Positions 11,631 to 23,477 of a stretch of DNA of 64,000 nt are shown piece by piece. Both the position numbers and the translations under genes were made by a program. Below the pieces are notes generated by a model, which made no database searches, was not told the origin of the DNA, and saw nothing but the letters and a program-made list of their open reading frames with translations. Source of the stretch: Felis catus (lineage: Eukaryota). The stretch is from positions 235,974,001 to 236,038,000 of the forward strand of contig NC_058368.1 in NCBI RefSeq assembly GCF_018350175.1, in the 5' to 3' direction. Positions within the stretch are counted from its first letter, which is position 1; every line of letters begins with the position of its first letter.

Positions 11631-14516
11631 GAAACGAGACATTCTTAGGGAAAACAGAAGTTAACAAAACTTTCTTGCCAAAGGAAACTGGTTTAAAAAA
11701 TATGAAATTCAAACAATTAACGATTGCAATATCAAATATCACGGAATCCAAAAAGTATATGGTGGATCTAATCTAACATGTTGCCAAAAGGGTGAAGCTT
11801 CATGTAGCATAAAACCACGGGTGGTACAACTTCTTCTTGCGGGGCTGAGAGGTATCCTCTATTGTGATCCTAATCAAGATGCCATTTCTAGACCACTTTC
11901 TGTTTTGAAGGTCTAACTTAACACCCCCGTGGAAAGCACATATGGTTATGTCTGTATTTGCATATTTATATATGCAGGTGGAGCTGTAGGTATTTGTGAT
12001 AGAAAATGTATATTCGCTGTAGCCCTGGCTGCCATACGTGCCAAACACAGGGCAGAAGCAATTTTCATCCTTCTGCTTTGCCCTGGAAGAACACAGAAGG
12101 GAAAATGTAAAAGGAAATACGAACCCCAAACCATAAAGCCATTTTTAAAGGGGAAATCTTCTTGAAGACATGACATCCTCCATTTCCAAACAGCACGGAA
12201 ATCCGATAAGCCTGACATTCTGGAAAGGGATGGGAACCAGACTTTTCGTTTCTTGCATTTTGATGTATTCTGGATGGAACCTGGTTTCGGATACCGTCGG
12301 ACCGTGAGGCGAAACGAACTCCTTTGCAGTGTATCTGTGTCTGATGCAGGGGGAAAGACAGTGGCCACTGTCAAAAAATAAGAAGAAAGAACGCTCGGAG
12401 GAAAACCAACCTAACTTCGCTAAAACAATAAAGTGGCTTTAATACTTGTAACAGAAAATCGCACGGACTTTGAACAATAATTGCAAATTGGATGTGCTAA
12501 AAATGCTGTCAGAGCTTTTAGAAACTACCAAGTCAGGGAAATATGAAAATACATTTCTTCCCAGCCAGGTGTCACGGGGGGGGGGGGGGGGTCCTTCACC
12601 CGTGCTGGTCGGGCGGCACTTTCTCGCACGTGCTTGATCGTCTCCAAGCCTTTATCTGGGCTCTGGTGTTCTGTTTTGTTCTGTTTTTCAGACAGGAAAA
12701 GCATTTTCCTTGTTGCTAACCAGAATTGAAATGCACCATTTCATATGAAATTGGTGCAATAATCCGGTAGCTTTTATACGCCTTCTGGAGAGATTTTGTT
12801 TAATTTTGTTGAATATTGAGCTTTAATTTTGTTGAATGTTGACGGAGACATCACGTGCATGGGTTTCGTTGCTGCCAGCATTCCTGTAGAAAGAATACCG
12901 TGGTACTCTCTTTCTCCTCAGAGCAATGTTTGATTAAAAAAACCATGCCTGTTCTGTTGTCATCGAAGAAGTGGAATAATGCGAGTTTCCACCTAGTGAC
13001 ATGCTACGTGCACTGTGTCTCCCCCAGAATTTAAGGAGCAGCAGTAATTTTGCAAACCTCTGAAACAGCCCGGATGTCTCCTGAGAAGGGGACTGTTGTG
13101 TCTTCTTCTAAAGGGCAACGAGGGGGAGATCGTTGAAGCACTGTCACAATAGCACGTGCTAATATTTTAGCTCCCCTAAAGAGAATCCTGGAAAAAGTCA
13201 CGGAAGTTCTCTCTAGAATCAGTCACCCTCGGTGGGGAATTACTAGGGAAAAGTAGTTGTATCAGTAGGTCGTGTGCAACATTTTCAGGGCTCGTTTTTC
13301 TTCAGTCTTACTGTGGAATTACTTATTTCAGTGTGATATGAGGAGGCCCCATTTCAAGTGAACTCTGGCAGTCACACCTGCTCTGCCTCCTTCCGGGGGC
13401 CGCGTGAAACTGTAACTAAACATTTATGGGAGTCTCAGTTTACTCAGCTCTTCTACAAATACCCTGAAACAACCTGAAGGAGAAAGACCAGAGAACGCGC
13501 CTGGCTCGTGTGTCCAAACGCCTTTCTGATATTTGCCCACAACTTGAAGCTTTTGGAAAACTTGAAATAATAACCATATCCAGTCAGACATTTAAAAATG
13601 GAGCCATTTTCCCAAGCAATGCATAATCTGAAGTGTTTACCTGTATGCTGATAGAAACACGTCACATATAAAATAATGTGTTTTACACAGAATACTTATC
13701 TTCCATGGTTCTTGTTTGGCATTTTCCACGAGGAACAGAATGGAGAAGAACCCGGAAAAAGAAATGAGACCTGACTGGTGGGTCCAGCTGGGCGGGGGGA
13801 AGGGAGGTTCCCAGCACGGACAGACTGAGGGGGTCAGGAATCATTTAACAAGAGATTTTAAAAGATTAATTTAAAAGACTAATCTAGTATAAGGCAAATT
13901 CAATAGGCTGAAAGACACGCTAAGTCCATTTTCAGTTGAAATGAAAGAAAAAAATAATTGCTGACTTGTGCAGTTGAATGATGTTGCAAGTATGATTCGT
14001 TTTTAAAATGTACAGCTTTCCCAGACTGGAGAAGATATTATCAGAGGCTGTTTAGTTAAGCACCGCTCGGAACTGCTGGCAGGTTCCAGAACACCTCTGG
14101 GGGCTGGCCTGGGAAGATGGACACTGTCCGCAGAAGAAGCCCACTCTGTGTCCTCTTTCCCTAGGGCTGGGGGTCATGTCTTCCCAAGCGTGTCCCTGAG
14201 ACACCCTGATTTCTGCCAGAACAGACGTCTCCCTGCCTCATACCCCCAGACACCCCACATGAACTTGGCTTCCCGGCTTCTAAGCTTTGTTACACCTTCC
14301 TCTCTTGACTTGTCTGTTTCACGCGTCTAACATCCTGGAGGGCAGCTCACATTTATCTTCCCCTAGATGGTGGCCTGGTGTTCGGCACCATACCAACAAT
14401 AGGTGTCTCCAGATGAACTAAGTACAGATGGGTGTGTTTGTACTTCTACGTACGTGTTCAAGCACTGGTTAATTATTATAATATAGCAAGAACACTAGTC
14501 AAAGATATAATCTAAA

Positions 14517-14575
14517 TCTTTCTTTCTTTCTTCTTTCTTTCTTTCTTTCTTTCTTCTTCCTTTTTCTTTCTTTCT

Positions 14576-14619
<44 letters not shown>

Positions 14620-14629
14620 TCCTTCTTTT
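14517..14629. repeat. (TTTC)n microsatellite at a SINE tail
   Basis: Pyrimidine tandem repeat contiguous with the tail of the antisense SINE. Confidence 0.93.
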
Positions 14630-14772
14630 AAAAGTTTCCTTATTTATTTTGAAAGAGACAGAGACAACGCTAGCAGGGGTTGGGCAGAGAGAGAGGGAGA
14701 GAGAACCCCAAGCAAGCTCTGCACTGTCAGCACAGAGCCCAATGTGGGGCTCAAACTCATGAACCGTGAGAT
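14626..14772 (-). mobile_element. Can-SINE lacking its 5' head
   Basis: Antisense body stops at GAACCGTGAGAT; A-box region absent. Confidence 0.9.
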
Positions 14773-14791
14773 GCTCCAGTAATTCCAGGCT

Positions 14792-15027
14792 GGGGTGACT
14801 GGGTGGCTCAGTGGGTGAAGCATCCAATTTTTGGTTTGGTTCAGGTCATGATCTAATAGTTTCTTGAGATGAAGCCTTGGGTTGGGCTCTGTGCTGACAG
14901 TGTGGAGCCTGCTTGGGATCCTGTCTCCCTCTCTCTCTGCCCCTTCCCTGCTCTCACTCTCTCTCTCTCTCTCTTTCTCTCTATCTCTCAAAATAAATAA
15001 ATACATACACTTGAAAAAATAAATAAA
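14792..15027 (+). mobile_element. Can-SINE
   Basis: GGGGTGACTGGGTGGCTCAG head, (CT)n block, AATAAA/A-rich tail. Confidence 0.93.
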
Positions 15028-16591
15028 GTGCAAATCATCAAGTTGACCTCTAGTAGGGAGAAAGAATCCTTTTGGATGTTACCTTAAGTTTTTGCTTTAA
15101 TGCACTTACATTTGGAGTTCTAGAATTCAATTCAGTGATATGTTTTTCATAGAAAAAAACTACAACCACCGTCGGTGTCATCCTTTAGTTTTCAGAATAC
15201 TGCCTGGGAAACAAATTCTAAAATAAGCCGTAAGCGACAGCCAGGCTTGGTCGGTTCATCTGTAAAATGGAAACCATGGTCACTTTGTTTGGGGATTGTC
15301 CTGAATATCAGAAATCCGATAACTTCTCAGGATAGTACATGGCACGAGGGAGGTGGTTTAACACAAAACAACACAAAATGAAGCGAAAACAAACAAAAAA
15401 GATTCGGAAAAAATAAAACCGCCAAATTGTTGGAGAGTAAATCTCTCTCTGGAAGCCACTGTGAATCTGGACGCTGAGGAGTACATAGAATTGCCACCAA
15501 GCTGTCCTGTGCCATCTGGGGCTCTGTGCACCCCCCCCCCCCCAGAGTCCTGAAGCCCAAATGCTCTGGAAAGTTGACAGCTTGGCCAACAGTGGTTCAT
15601 ACAGACTCCCCTCCCCCTGCTCCCCACCTCCCCTCCCCAGACCTCTGTAGCACCTGCCTCCCAAATTCTAGCCTCCCCACTTGACTCCATTATTTGGGAA
15701 CCAGGATCGCCCTTAAGCCAGAAAAACAATAGACGCCAGATAAACCCTGCCCATCGCTCAAGGCAGGGACAGCCCTGTGCCATCTCTGGAGGACACACGT
15801 CCTTATCCCTCAGGGAAAAACACTCTGCTCCAGCACCCTGCCCACAGACCTGGCCGCTTGCACTCCTTAAACCACGTAGAACCCAAGATCTCTTCCTACC
15901 CCAGACACTTGCTTCCGCTGCGTTATTGAAGCTGCTACTTTTGTGTGGGTTCGGGCACAGGCGGTCACAGGTGGGACCACTGAAGATGTTTTCCATTCAG
16001 TTTAATCCTTTCCCATAATTGAAACGGTGAACAAGAAGGTGCTAGACCATACAGCCGGGTAAGAAGTAACGGGGACACACGAGCTCTGAATCTTTCTTCT
16101 GGGTGATGTCTCAGTCCTCATGCGGAGCGTGCAGTGAAGGAACGAATCCATCAATCAACCCCAGATCTTTATGGCACAAGTATCCCTATTTATTTCTGTT
16201 GAAACAGTCACTATGTTTTTTTCCAAGCTGAATGCAAGTGGTTAAATTTCTTCCCAGACAATATTGCCATGAAACAGATTTGGAGGAATGGAGCCCAACA
16301 GTGGAGCTCTAGGTAGAAATGTCCCATTTAACAATGCCGCAGACTTTCTTAACTACCCCTTTCTCTGACTCATTTCCAGGCTTCTAGAGCCTGGGCTGTC
16401 TCACCGTGGCCTGTGGCAGCCCCACCCGAGGTGGAGATGTCGCTTCTTGGGGTCCAGGGGTGCCCTCGTTGTCTGGTATTGCTGCAAAGAGTCCAGAAGT
16501 GTTTAAACAGCATGTTCTCAGGCACTGAGGGACACCAAGGCGGGGAATACACAACCCCCTTGATGGAACTCACTTCGTGCAACCACTCCAG

Positions 16592-16592
<1 letters not shown>

Positions 16593-16629
<37 letters not shown>

Positions 16630-16648
16630 CTATCTATCTATCTATCTA
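16593..16648. repeat. Compound (TG)n-(TATC)n microsatellite
   Basis: Direct observation. Confidence 0.93.
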
Positions 16649-17079
16649 CAGCATGTGACCCTCTGCTGGAAATGCAACTTACTCTATCAGACATCTGAGC
16701 CGAGTGCAACTTCCCAGGTCTCAGAATTCTCCCAATTCGAGGTTAGTCCAGGTCAAAGTCATCTATGCACCTGCTTCTCTGCAGTGTCTGGTAATTTTGG
16801 AGCCAAAGATCTTTTAGTGGGAAAGGGATTTGATTTGGGGCATTCCTGTCCAGGACCCAGAGACCAGGACAGTGGAGGTCCCAGGGCTGCGTAAGGTGTC
16901 CTGAAAAGCAGGGTATGGCAGCAGAGAGCAAGCACAGCTGAGGCCGCCATCCCCCACTAGCCCTCCCCCCGGGGCCCCAACGGTGTCGCACACCCTTTTC
17001 ATTTGATGTAGCGAAGGTCCTCCAGCCTTGTGTCCTCGGCCAGAGCAGAGCATGTCCCAGAGCAGCGAAGGCAGCGTTT

Positions 17080-17451
17080 GCCCTTAAGTGTGTAGCCATC
17101 TGCCAACCTGCAGGGGTGAGAGGAACCTGCCGATCGCCACGCCGTGAACATTCCCACCACGATGACTTCCACCCACGAAGTTGACATCACTGAGCATGGA
17201 CGGAGCCAGGATGCCGGGTACCCGCCCCCCCCCCCCATTACGTAGTATTTCTGTCATCCGGGTGCAATCGGCCTGAGGAACCTGGAGACCACAAACCATA
17301 GTAAAATATACTAAAATAATTAGGCAGCGATATGCATTATTTTTTACTTATGTCTTTATTGTCAGTTATTTACTTGTAAGTTTGTACAGTTTAGTTTCTA
17401 ACAATGGGTGTTTTTACCTCACTGGTGCAGGCTGGCCCCCGTTCACCCCTG
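17080..17451. mobile_element. hAT-Tip100 DNA transposon remnant (Arthur1-like)
   Basis: ATAGTAAAATATACTAAAATAATTAGG...TTGTAAGTTTGTACAGTTTAGTTTCTAACAATGG and terminal GGCTGGCCCCCGTTCACCCCTG resemble Arthur1. Confidence 0.6.
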
Positions 17452-17862
17452 GAAACAAGCTACGCTGACGTTTTCCGTCACTCGTAATATTTTAATAAGA
17501 ACCGTTCTCAAGTTTAGCAAGGAACCGACAGCCATGAGCTTTCTAGAATAGTTTTGTCGGTTCCCCTTTCCTCCAAATACAGCGTCCCCTATAGGCCTTG
17601 GTCTGCTAGGTTGGCTTAGCCATTACCCTGTACCATTCTAGATGGTTACTCACGGACTGTCTCTGCCGCTTCTGGCTTCCCTCCACTGGGACCTGTGAGT
17701 GTCGCCAGGGCAGAGAGTTTTATGTGGGTTCATTGAAGCTTCCCTGGTGCCCCTGGCACATAGGGGGCCCTTAGTAAGTATTTGCCAGAAGGACAAGAAC
17801 TTCTCGAGGTACAAGCACTTGGACTTTCTACACTAGCGGTAGTAAGATAGGGAGAAATACAA

Positions 17863-18060
17863 ATGGCGTCCCTGGTTAAACGTCCATCTCTTGATTTTGG
17901 CTCAGGTCACGATCTCACAGTTCATGTGTTCAAGCCCCACACTGGGCTCTGTGCTGACTGCTCAGAGCCTGTTTGGGATGCTCTCTCTCTCTCTTTATCT
18001 TTCTCTGTCCCTCCCCCACCCTCTGTCTCGCTCAAAATCAAGAGATGAACATTAAGAAAA
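17863..18060 (+). mobile_element. Can-SINE with altered 5' end
   Basis: CTCTTGATTTTGGCTCAGGTCACGATCTC body; TSD AGAAATACAA at 17853-17862 and 18061-18070. Confidence 0.9.
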
Positions 18061-18610
18061 AGAAATACAATTAACAACTATGTCCCAAGTGGTACAAGAA
18101 GCAAAAGGTCACGTATAGACCGAGCGGGGGACACATTTGTTGGCCCTCTTGTGACCTTCCCATGGAACAAAGATCAAATCGCGCTCCTCAGTGTGACACG
18201 AGGGCTTGTTTCCACACCTGTCTACACCCTGGATCCGGCCGGCGGCAGTGTCCTCTGCTTCCTCCACAGAAGTCTCGTTTTCGGGTTCTGTGCGCACTGC
18301 TGGACAAGGAGTGGCCCCACGGTGACGGAGGGACAGCGGGACGGGGACTCGGAGCCCTGGTCGGGTCAGCGTCAGGAGAGCCCAGTCGACCGTTCAGACG
18401 CCCCAGTGCCCTCAGCCCGGGCGGGTGTGGTTGGTCGGCCCACCTGCCCACTCAGGGGCCGCTCGCAGGGGAGAAGCCCGTGTTCCCTGGAGAGGCCGAT
18501 CCGGGTTTCACCAGCAAAGCTCAGCCTGGAATTAGGGAGGTGGCGTTTGAGGGGGAAAGACGGTGATTTTCAACCCAGCAACTGTTCCACTGCAAATTAG
18601 GGAGCCTCAC

Positions 18611-18722
18611 AGGGCACCTGGCCGGCTCAGTCCGTAGGGCATGTGACCCTTGACCTCAAGGTCGTGAGTTCAAGCCCCACGTTGGGTGTAGAGATTACTT
18701 AGAAAAAAGTCCTTGAAAAAAT
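18611..18722 (+). mobile_element. Short old Can-SINE (tRNA head plus A tail, no CT block)
   Basis: GGCACCTGGCCGGCTCAG...GTTCAAGCCCCACGTTGGGTGTAGAGATTACTT; degenerate TSD AAATTAGGGAGCCTCAC / AAACGAGGGCGTCTCGC. Confidence 0.88.
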
Positions 18723-19733
18723 AAACGAGGGCGTCTCGCTAAAAGGGTGCCCGGTGCTTCCCACGTCTCGATGCCAATCTAACCGCCTGGCAGGCAACGT
18801 TCTCAATCTTTATTTTCTGGTTCTTTTTGTATTACACTCCCTTTTCTGCCCCTTTCACCGGCATAAGCGGGGGCATCGGGTGAGAGATGCTGCAAAGGAG
18901 GAGCTGGGGAGAAAGAACCCTGAGCTCCATGAAGCAACCGCTACTCCCCGTTGTTGTCTAAGATTTTGATAGAACACGCCTCTCAAAAATTTTGCTTGGA
19001 CAGAAACATCCTTTGCATGCAAGGAAGCATCGTGTAACTTTGGAAAGTGGAATCCCATTACTGCCGAGTGACCCTTCCTGGACGGTGGCCCGGATCAGCC
19101 GGCTGTGCCAGTGGGCACATCGGGGCACGCTTGCAAATGAAAGCCGTGCCATGGAGAGGTGTGGCCGCACCATAGCTAGAAAATGAATCCTGGTTCCTCG
19201 AAAGCTTACGAGCAGAAAAAGACACACAAGGGTTAATGCAATTTCCATCCCAGCGAGTTTTGCTTGCCATTATTTTCTTTTTCTTTTTTCCCTTTTAACT
19301 GATTCGTAGCATAAAATCTTCCTGGACACCTAATTATCAAGCCAGTTCACAGTCACAGCTGCCTGCTTGCAGAACCCATTAGATGCAGCAGTTGAAGCCT
19401 CCGTAATTCCCCAAACTTCCCGGGTGTGAATATTAAGAAAAGATTTTTACATGTCATATGCAATTCCGAGGTGGAGTGAATGGCCTCCAAGATGACGAGC
19501 ACTGAATGCTTGTCCATCACTCCATTCACTGGTTACAGGTGGTCTCATTTTCTACATTCAGATATCGGCTGGCTATGACAGCAGGCACTTAATTTGCATG
19601 TTCGACAGACAACAAACGGCCCCGTGCATGTCAAAATAGGTGGTGATGCGTGACAGTTTCTACACAATACTGTCTCCTCTTTGTGTGACCTTTGACCTCG
19701 CGGCATGTCTTTTTTCCGCCATCAGAAAGAAAC

Positions 19734-19754
19734 CATATATATACATATACATGT

Positions 19755-19795
<41 letters not shown>

Positions 19796-19823
19796 CACAC
19801 ACACATGTATATGTATATATATG
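19734..19823. repeat. Compound (TA)/(CA)/(TG) alternating purine-pyrimidine microsatellite
   Basis: Direct observation. Confidence 0.92.
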
Positions 19824-21509
19824 CACTTCTCTGCTTTGGAATATATTTGCTACCAAATTGATTATTTTCCTTTCTTCTTCCTCTTCCTCCGCCTCCTCTG
19901 CTTCCCTCCCCCCCCCCTTTTAAAGGATGCCACGCATCTGGATTTTCATCGTAACTGCTACAAAACTCTGCCAGGGGAACCTCATAACATTTAAAAATAG
20001 AGAGGCTGTGCAGACAGGAAGCTGTCTTGTCGAAACCCATTGTAGTTAAATTGCTTGGAACTTTTTAATAAATGTAACCTTTAAGAAGGAACTCTAATCA
20101 GGTTAATTTTTATTTAAGACGATCATAAAATTAGGATCTCAAGGCTTTTCTTTAACTTGTGTTAATTAGATTCCTGTCCTTGGAACACTTTTAATATTAA
20201 TATTTCACCATGGTTTTAAAATTACTTCCCTTAATTGCAGGTTTGGCTGGCCGGTATTAAACAGAACACCCAGTTACTCCCATTTTCTGTAATCGGCATG
20301 AGGAGCCCAAGCCCCTCCCTTGCTCTCCACGGAAACCTGCTAATGAGAACACAGCTCACAATTGTGCTTAAAAGGTTAAAAGAGTGTGAACCTGAAAATG
20401 CCCTGGAGTAGTGCTGACATCACCAAGTCCTGGGACCTGCGCTTTTGGGGGGATCTTTGGCAATTGATGTCGCGCTAAGATTTCAGCCGGAGTGCCTCTG
20501 CTGTGCGGAGGGGCCTCGGGGCCTGACCCGAGCTCAGGGGCCCCACACACCCCTTGTCTCACCAGAGAGGAGCATAATCCATTCCCCAATCCTATTTTAG
20601 TGCGGGGTCTTGTTTTAATTAAGAATTAAAGCATGACAGCAGATAATCGCGCCCCCCGGGTGTTCTAAGATTTGAGCTGCAGCTGTGAACCCAGCACCCC
20701 GGGGGCGCTTACCCCATGATCACCCCACCTCCGGGATCGCCCTACGAAGGGCCCAAGGAGAGCACGCAGGGCACCGTGGCTGGCTGCACCCTGGGCTCGG
20801 TCTGTGGGCTAGGGTGCAGAGGGTGGCCTGCCTTCCATGGGATGAGCTCACACAGGCACATGCACCGCGTCCTACACTCTCAGAGCAGGAGACAGAAGTG
20901 CTGGGGATCATAGTCCTCCTCAGTGGGGTCGGGACCTCTGCGCTACAGAGGCAGGCACTGACGAGAATGGCGGGCTTGCCAGCGTCCGAGGGCACGGCGT
21001 GCAGGCGCCCAAGTCTTCTCTGGGCACCGTCCTCAGTTTTGGGGCCGCTGGTCAGGGAGGGTGCGGGCCAAGTTCAAACGAAAGTGAAAAAAACCACACC
21101 ATTTCCAAGGAGATGATGCGCCTTTCCCCTGTCAGGTAGGCGGATTTTGTTTTTGCCTGGTGATGTCTATGCAGCGGGTGATTTCAAAGCAAGTCAAGCA
21201 CAGGTGTGGGTCACAGAGCCCGGCTTTGAGGCCGCCCTGGTTCTACGGCAGCTCCCTTCCCGGGGTTGCAGTATGAAATTGCACAGAGGACTTATAAGCC
21301 CAGCATTGAATTTCGAAACCTGCAGGCTGTGCTGTGGTCCTAAGCATTTGAACGTGGCATGTTTCTGGGATGGGTTTGGCCCTCGGGGGGAGATGTGAGA
21401 ATGCCTTAGCCAGTATGTGGGTGCACATCAATGTCAATCTATGTGTGCCCTCCCCATTTAGGCTGTGAGACAACCTGGGGAAAGGCCAGGACAGCTACCT
21501 ACTTCTTGT

Positions 21510-22190
21510 TAGTGTAGATAGTGGGACAGAGCTCTGGATGTGGCCCTGGACAGCCCCTGGTCAAGCCCCAGCTCTTTCTAGCTGTGTGACATTCGTCAAA
21601 TGTCTTCAACCCTCTGTGCCCTGGTTTCCTTGCCTATAAAAGAGGGAACAATAATAGTGGGTATTTACTTCATGGGCTGATGGTAGAATTAAATGATTAA
21701 ATATTTGGAGAGTGTAGTGGGTCGAATGCTGTCCCCTCAAATTTGTGTCCACTGAGAGTCTCACAATGTGATCTTATTTACAAATGGGGTCTTTGCAGAG
21801 GTAGTTAGTTAAGAATGTCAAGATGACAATCTACTCACCGGAAATCCAATGACCAGTGTCGGATGAGAGACGTAGGAGAAGGTGATGTGAAGGTGGAGAC
21901 AGAAATAGGACTGATGTACCTACAAGCCAAGGCACACAGGGGTGGCAGGCAGTCCCCACAGGAGAGGAGAGCCCCGGGGTGGCTTCTCCCTCAGAGCTCT
22001 CAGAAGAAACCAGCCCCGACCACACTTGAATTTGGACTTCTGGCCTCCTGAGCTGTGTGAGAATACATTTCTGTTATTTTAAGCCACCCTGCATGTGAAA
22101 ATTTGCGATAACAGCCATAGGAAATGCTTCTAGAAAGCATCTAGAATTATCAAATGGCACAAAAGTACAATGTAACTGTTTTTTTTTTTA
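21510..22190 (+). mobile_element. MIR SINE split by an MLT1 LTR
   Basis: CTAGCTGTGTGAC...CCTCTGTGCCCTGGTTTCCTTGCCTATAAAA before the LTR; AAAGCATCTAGAA...TGGCACA resumes after it. Confidence 0.75.
21713..22132 (+). mobile_element. MaLR solo LTR (MLT1C-like)
   Basis: Starts TGTAGTGGGTCGAAT; GGGGTCTTTGCAGA; GACTTCTGGCCTCCTGAGCTGTGTGAGAATACATTTCTGTT; 5-bp TSD GAGAG/GAAAG. Confidence 0.9.
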
Positions 22191-23245
22191 CATAAGAATT
22201 AGTAGAACACATATTTAAAAAACAGATACCTGCACGACCCTGAGAAACTCTTCAATCTGGAGATTAACATGTAATAAATTATTTAGATGGTCACTGGCAC
22301 ACATAAGGTGCCTAAAATTACGGACATTGTTTCCCGTACGGACTTCAACAGCAGTTCTGTGACTGAGATGAATCGATACAGTGATAATTATAAAACAGCA
22401 CGAAGACGCCGGCAGATGCAGGGGATGCTTAAAAGCGAGATGAACTCCGGACCCATTTCCAGAAGGAGGTGATCGCCAAGGAGAATCTTAGCAGGTGATT
22501 AAGAATAATTTAAGGCAAAGTAGGCCACGGGGCCAGCAGGGGCAGACTCTCTGCCTTCAAGGAACACATATGTCCACCAGAAAATGACACCCATAGTGCT
22601 GAAGTCCCCAGGAAAGCATTTCAAACCACATCACCGCCTCCGTATTCAGAGTTGACCACAATCCCAAATGTAGCTTTGGTTATTCCTATGCATTTCGTTT
22701 TAGATGTATCAGATATAACCTTTATCTTGAAACCAAATATATGTGTATATATAAATACACACACACACACATATAATTTATTTCAGTTTATGTAAAGGAT
22801 GTCATAAACATCCTTCTCGTGAGATTCTGCTTGTTGGTTTTCCTGCTGCATTAGAGTGCGGAACTGTACCTGGATTTATTGATTGACTCTCCTGTTGAAG
22901 TCATTTGGCTTGGTTGAAAATTGTTTGCGCAAACCTCCCCACTAGGAAGGCGCACGCACACGTCTCCATGCGAACACACACCACAGAGCGAGTACGTGTG
23001 GGCGGGGCTTCTAGGGCACAGCGTGTGCACGTGTCCAGCTCTCCGAGCATTCGGTGAGGGCTCTCCCGAGCAGCGGGATCTGTTTCCTCTCCCACTGGGA
23101 TTTATTGGTGTTGGTTTTCGTCTCGCTCCTCACCACCACGGATGTTTTCAAAATTGTAGGTGTTGCCTGTCTGATGGACAGGAACAAGAATCTCCCGGTG
23201 CTTTTGATTTGTGTTCCTTGATTACTTCCTGTTTACATCTTTTAT

Positions 23246-23477
23246 TTTATTTATTTGTTTATTTATTTTTAATTCTTTTTAATGTTTATTCATTTTTGAG
23301 AGACAGATCAGAGCGTGAGCAGGGGAGGGGCAGAGAGAGAGGGAGACAGAAGCCAGAGCAGACTCCAGGCTCCGAGCTGTCAACACAGAGCCCAGCAAGA
23401 GGCCCGAACTCGCTGACCGCGAGGTCATGACCTGAGCTAAGTAGGACACTCAACCGACTAAGCCACCCAGGCGCCCC
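23246..23477 (-). mobile_element. Can-SINE
   Basis: TSD GTTTACATCTTTTAT at 23231-23245 and 23479-23493. Confidence 0.95.

Noticed and set aside
14359..14376. CTCF-like CCCCTAGATGGTGG
   Set aside because: Mismatches at informative positions and lies in probable L2-derived sequence.
15358..15996. 212-aa minus-strand ORF
   Set aside because: No recognisable domain; runs through homopolymer and low-complexity sequence.
18611..18722. tRNA-like heads with A/B boxes
   Set aside because: SINE heads followed by A tails and TSDs; no intact cloverleaf tRNA gene.
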